NCBI GenBank assembly: GCA_965369655.1 | Contig: CBDUQR010000001.1 | Span: 220,217 to 284,216 of the forward strand | DNA from: an uncultured bacterium | GTDB lineage: Bacteria; Zixibacteria; MSB-5A5; JAABVY01; JAHJOQ01 | Length of the DNA stretch: 64,000 nt | Direction of reading: 5' to 3' | In this document: one piece after another, positions 61,430 through 64,000 of the stretch | How positions within the stretch are numbered: the stretch's first letter is position 1 | Layout: every line of letters starts with the position of its first letter | Notes under the pieces: generated by a model | Databases searched by the model: none | What the model saw: only the letters and a program-made list of their open reading frames with translations | Told to the model about the DNA's origin: nothing | Program-made: the position numbers and the translations under genes

Positions 61430-61507
61430 ACTGAGATTGCCACGCTTCGCTCGCAATGACGTGTTCCGCGGGCGTCATCGCGAGGAGCGGCAGCGACGTG
61501 GCGATCT
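61430..61507. repeat. CGTC-type REP doublet (A + inverted B), upstream flank of GIY-YIG
   Basis: A at 61430-61461 is identical to 60939-60970. B at 61472-61507 is 35/36 identical to 61072-61107. Confidence 0.85.
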
Positions 61508-61523
61508 ACTTGATCAGATTGCC

Positions 61524-62177
61524 TTATGGTTTTTCGATATCGAGCTTGAGATTTACTCCTACAGCGAACATTGCTGCATCGTAGAACAAGTATACCCATA
61601 TACTATCTGGTTTGGAAGCGTTAAGAATGCTACGCCAAAACCTGAAAGTACTAGTACCACGTTCGTCGTATAGAAGAACCTTCATCAGGGATTCAACTAA
61701 TTCTGGAGTAGGATCAAACTTGCCAACATCATAGTAGGCACTTGTGTAATCGACTTCAGGATGGAAATGTTTTATAAGCCCTTTAGTTATTCTTTTCAAG
61801 AAACGGTTTCCTCGCTCTTCCTCGAACAAAGTCATGTGAGTTTTGATCAAACCAGCAGTACCCTTTATTTCAGTTGGGATCAAGCTTGCCGCAAAATTCT
61901 GTTTGAACTTCTTACTCCTCTGGAATGAAGACCCCACTACTCTATTGGTCCAAATCCATTTACCCTGCTTCGACCTACCCATCAAAGCTGACGCGAATGC
62001 ACGGAACGCTTCGTCATCAAGAGAGTGTGCTTCGTTACATGACCTGCAGCAGGGTACAGTAATCAGGTTAGTCGGGAGTGGAGGTCGAAAGAAGCCCTTA
62101 GGAGGAATGTGATCCCTTGTCAAATTGTGAATCGATCCGCAGAGATAACATTTCTTGATTGTATGTGGCTCGTCCAT
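61524..62177 (-). CDS. HNH endonuclease-domain protein
   Basis: CYLCG..TRDHIPPK..TVPCCRSCN..S in visibly AT-richer DNA. Confidence 0.75.
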   Translation of the reverse strand: MDEPHTIKKCYLCGSIHNLTRDHIPPKGFFRPPLPTNLITVPCCRSCNEAHSLDDEAFRAFASALMGRSKQGKWIWTNRVVGSSFQRSKKFKQNFAASLIPTEIKGTAGLIKTHMTLFEEERGNRFLKRITKGLIKHFHPEVDYTSAYYDVGKFDPTPELVESLMKVLLYDERGTSTFRFWRSILNASKPDSIWVYLFYDAAMFAVGVNLKLDIEKP

Positions 62178-62206
62178 TCGCCCCTTCGCTCTTGTCAGCT
62201 GGATAT

Positions 62207-62587
62207 CTACTTGCTTGATCTCTTAACAATGCTTGCTATTCTTAGCTTCAATAAGTGCCAATATCGCGTTTTTCCAAGAGGATGCCCTATGGACTTTAGG
62301 TATTCCTTGATACTCTGTTCCCTCTCAGGAAACTGGGTTGCATAGTTGTCAAGAATGCTGTTGATCCTTTTCATTTCAGGAGCGTTATATGATCTGGAGA
62401 CCAGAAAAGTGTCAGGATCCGTGCAAGTATCCATATCCTGCCATAGCCATTGCTGCTTTGCTTCATCCATATCTGATCCCAATTCCGGATCCAGAACCAA
62501 TATTTCAGATTGTTCAATAGATAACCCACATTGGGTTGTCAAATAGTCTCTGCAGTAATTGAGGAAATTGAGACGGATATCATTCAT
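62207..62587 (-). CDS. Hypothetical protein
   Basis: 126-aa ORF, AT-rich, co-oriented with the HNH gene. Confidence 0.55.
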   Translation of the reverse strand: MNDIRLNFLNYCRDYLTTQCGLSIEQSEILVLDPELGSDMDEAKQQWLWQDMDTCTDPDTFLVSRSYNAPEMKRINSILDNYATQFPEREQSIKEYLKSIGHPLGKTRYWHLLKLRIASIVKRSSK

Positions 62588-62609
62588 AACTTTTTTCTTT
62601 TTGGAACGT

Positions 62610-62810
62610 TCACCTGGTTGTCTCGTCTCCCATGATTATTCTGATCTTGTCGATATTCTGCCAGTGTGATTGTAAAGACAACAGAGAACCTATTTCAAAC
62701 GTCCCGGTAGCAACATCCAATGTCTTGGTGAGTTGTAGAAGCCTCTCCAGAACTGAGAGAAGCGAGTTTTCACTACGGTTATCGAGGATGGTAGGTAGTT
62801 TCTGACTCAA
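62610..62810 (-). pseudogene. N-terminal remnant resembling PLD-like nuclease/SNF2 helicase proteins
   Basis: ILDN..LL..LDVATG.FEIGSLL.L...WQ..DKIRIIMGDE, then a stop at 66 aa. Good RBS and a TTGACA-N17-TATCTT promoter at 62895-62923. Confidence 0.55.
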
Positions 62811-62937
62811 GGCAGATCCTCCGATGTTTCCTTCCTAAGTCAAACTGGTAAACACATGCCCCGTTCCGCTTGAACGGCTTGCTATGATAGTATGAAGATA
62901 GCCAATCAGGGCTTTGTTGTCAATCGCAGCTTAGCCC

Positions 62938-63565
62938 CAATACTGTTCACATAAGGATCTTTATCTGTTTTTCGATGTCGATACGATTAGGTGATGTGCC
63001 GCAATTGAGACGTATGGGATAGTTGCTCATTTTGCGTTTTACGCCCCGGTGATTTCGTCTCCCCCGGCTCGATACCACACGATCTTCCAGGATTTCATCG
63101 AGTACGGCCTTATGAAACATTCTCCTCGCCTGAGGGGGGAATAGAGACGAAATGGGACAGTTTGCGGCGAATGACCCGGACAGCATGCGTGAACGAGAGG
63201 GTGTCGGGATCAATATCACCCTTGAGGGCCGCTTCATGCATCAACCCACGTATGGCATAGTGAGCCAGCAGCAAACCGTAAAACTCTTGCTTGACGAGGG
63301 TGGGGGTCTTGCTGCGCAAGACCACTCGAGAACCCCGCAAGTGAGTTTTGAGTTCATCAAAAGCGGTTTCGATTTCCCATCGTTCATGGTAAAGGGCAGC
63401 CAGTTCATTCGCCGGCGCTTTCTCGGGTTCCAGGATGGTAGTGAGCAAACGGTACATAGGTTCGGCCCCCGAAACACCCTCCAGGGTGTATTCAATCACA
63501 CGAACCTCGACCCCGTTTGTCTTGTGGCGTCGATCACGCAACGAGGGGTAAATGACGCTCAGGTA
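62938..63565 (-). mobile_element. IS4-family remnant (3' part of transposase and terminal IR)
   Basis: YRLLTTIL..LAALYHERWEIETAFDELKTH (YREK-like motif), C-terminal R.N.RGVKRKMS in a shifted frame, and probable end CAATACTGTTCACATAAG at 62938-62955. Confidence 0.8.
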
Positions 63566-63631
63566 TGTCAAGCTTGCGATGTCGTATAAGACATGATATG
63601 TTCTTTCATATTCAACCTGAGAGGATTGGAA

Positions 63632-63800
63632 ATGAAAAAATACATCGTAACGCTTACTGGAGAAGAGCGTGAATCCCTTAGCGCATTGGCTTCCAGGGGC
63701 AAGCACAAATCGCAATAAATCCTCAACGCGTTGATTCTGCTTGGGTGCGATGAGGGCGAGCACCAGGGGAAACGTTCGACCAACGCTGAAATGGCTCCTA
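63632..63800 (+). pseudogene. IS630-like transposase N-terminal HTH fragment
   Basis: MKKYIVTLTGEERESLSALASRGKHKSQ*ILNALILLGCDEG..., with an in-frame TAA at 63716. Confidence 0.7.
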
Positions 63801-63862
63801 TACTGATCTCAAGGGGACATCGCAGTCACACAATTAAATGTTAGAAAAACTTGCAAAGGAGG

Positions 63863-63889
63863 TTAAGTTCCGCAGAGACCTGCCGATAA
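63863..63889 (+). promoter_or_regulatory. Sigma28-type promoter facing a gene at or beyond the window edge
   Basis: TTAA-N15-GCCGATAA. Confidence 0.5.
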
Positions 63890-64000
63890 AATTGTGGCTC
63901 ATCTCCAAAGTGAGTGGGTGATTATGGGTTGTTTTTCATATCGGTTTGAGCATACAGGTCAGGACCTTTCCCTCAGGATCGGGATCAGCGACCGACAGGC

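Noticed and set aside
60815-61507. Possible CRISPR array
   Set aside because: Repeats alternate in orientation, spacing is irregular, and no cas genes are present. They fit REPs.
62580-62612. TGA readthrough or selenocysteine in the helicase-like stub
   Set aside because: The frame closes again within about 10 codons, and other genes use TGA as a normal stop.
63566-63763. N-terminal part of the 217-aa IS4 ORF
   Set aside because: It is the antisense strand of the IS630-like remnant fused by chance; IS4 similarity appears to begin near 63565.

Overview
This is a moderately GC-rich bacterial chromosome segment. Its signature content suggests an FCB-group lineage, most like candidate division Zixibacteria (inference). 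That content includes many 'DIDDVVYLIxYIFAGGP' dockerins, FlgD/T9SS-like C-terminal sorting domains and a PorV-family gene. 1-10 kb: secreted cohesin/dockerin proteins, comprising a giant beta-helix scaffold-like protein, two cohesin+dockerin adaptors and a dockerin protein with a hidden papain/C39-like domain. 10-30 kb: coaX, a TonB receptor/CTD protein/PorV operon divergent from an orphan substrate-binding protein plus two-component operon, a dockerin M28 peptidase, an M16 pair and acpS. 30-36 kb: a REP-flanked single-chain restriction-modification gene, a 6S-like rod RNA, PilZ and murQ. 36-46 kb: rpmH-rnpA-yidD-yidC-mnmE-mnmG-rsmG-parAB-M23-bactofilin, with two parS sites and a DnaA-box cluster but no dnaA. 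46-61 kb: HEAT + HD-GYP, nnr, lon, pyrKDF, a TPR-TonB_C lipoprotein, a radical SAM protein and cobB. 61-64 kb: a GIY-YIG gene bracketed by CGTC-type REP doublets, an HNH gene and decayed helicase/IS4/IS630 remnants. The strongest leads are the REP-bracketed GIY-YIG cassette with nested micro-insertions in REPs, a recurring sigma28-type promoter in front of non-flagellar c-di-GMP/signalling/uptake genes, and a cohesin-dockerin system carrying proteases. All calls come from reading motifs by eye; no database searches were run.
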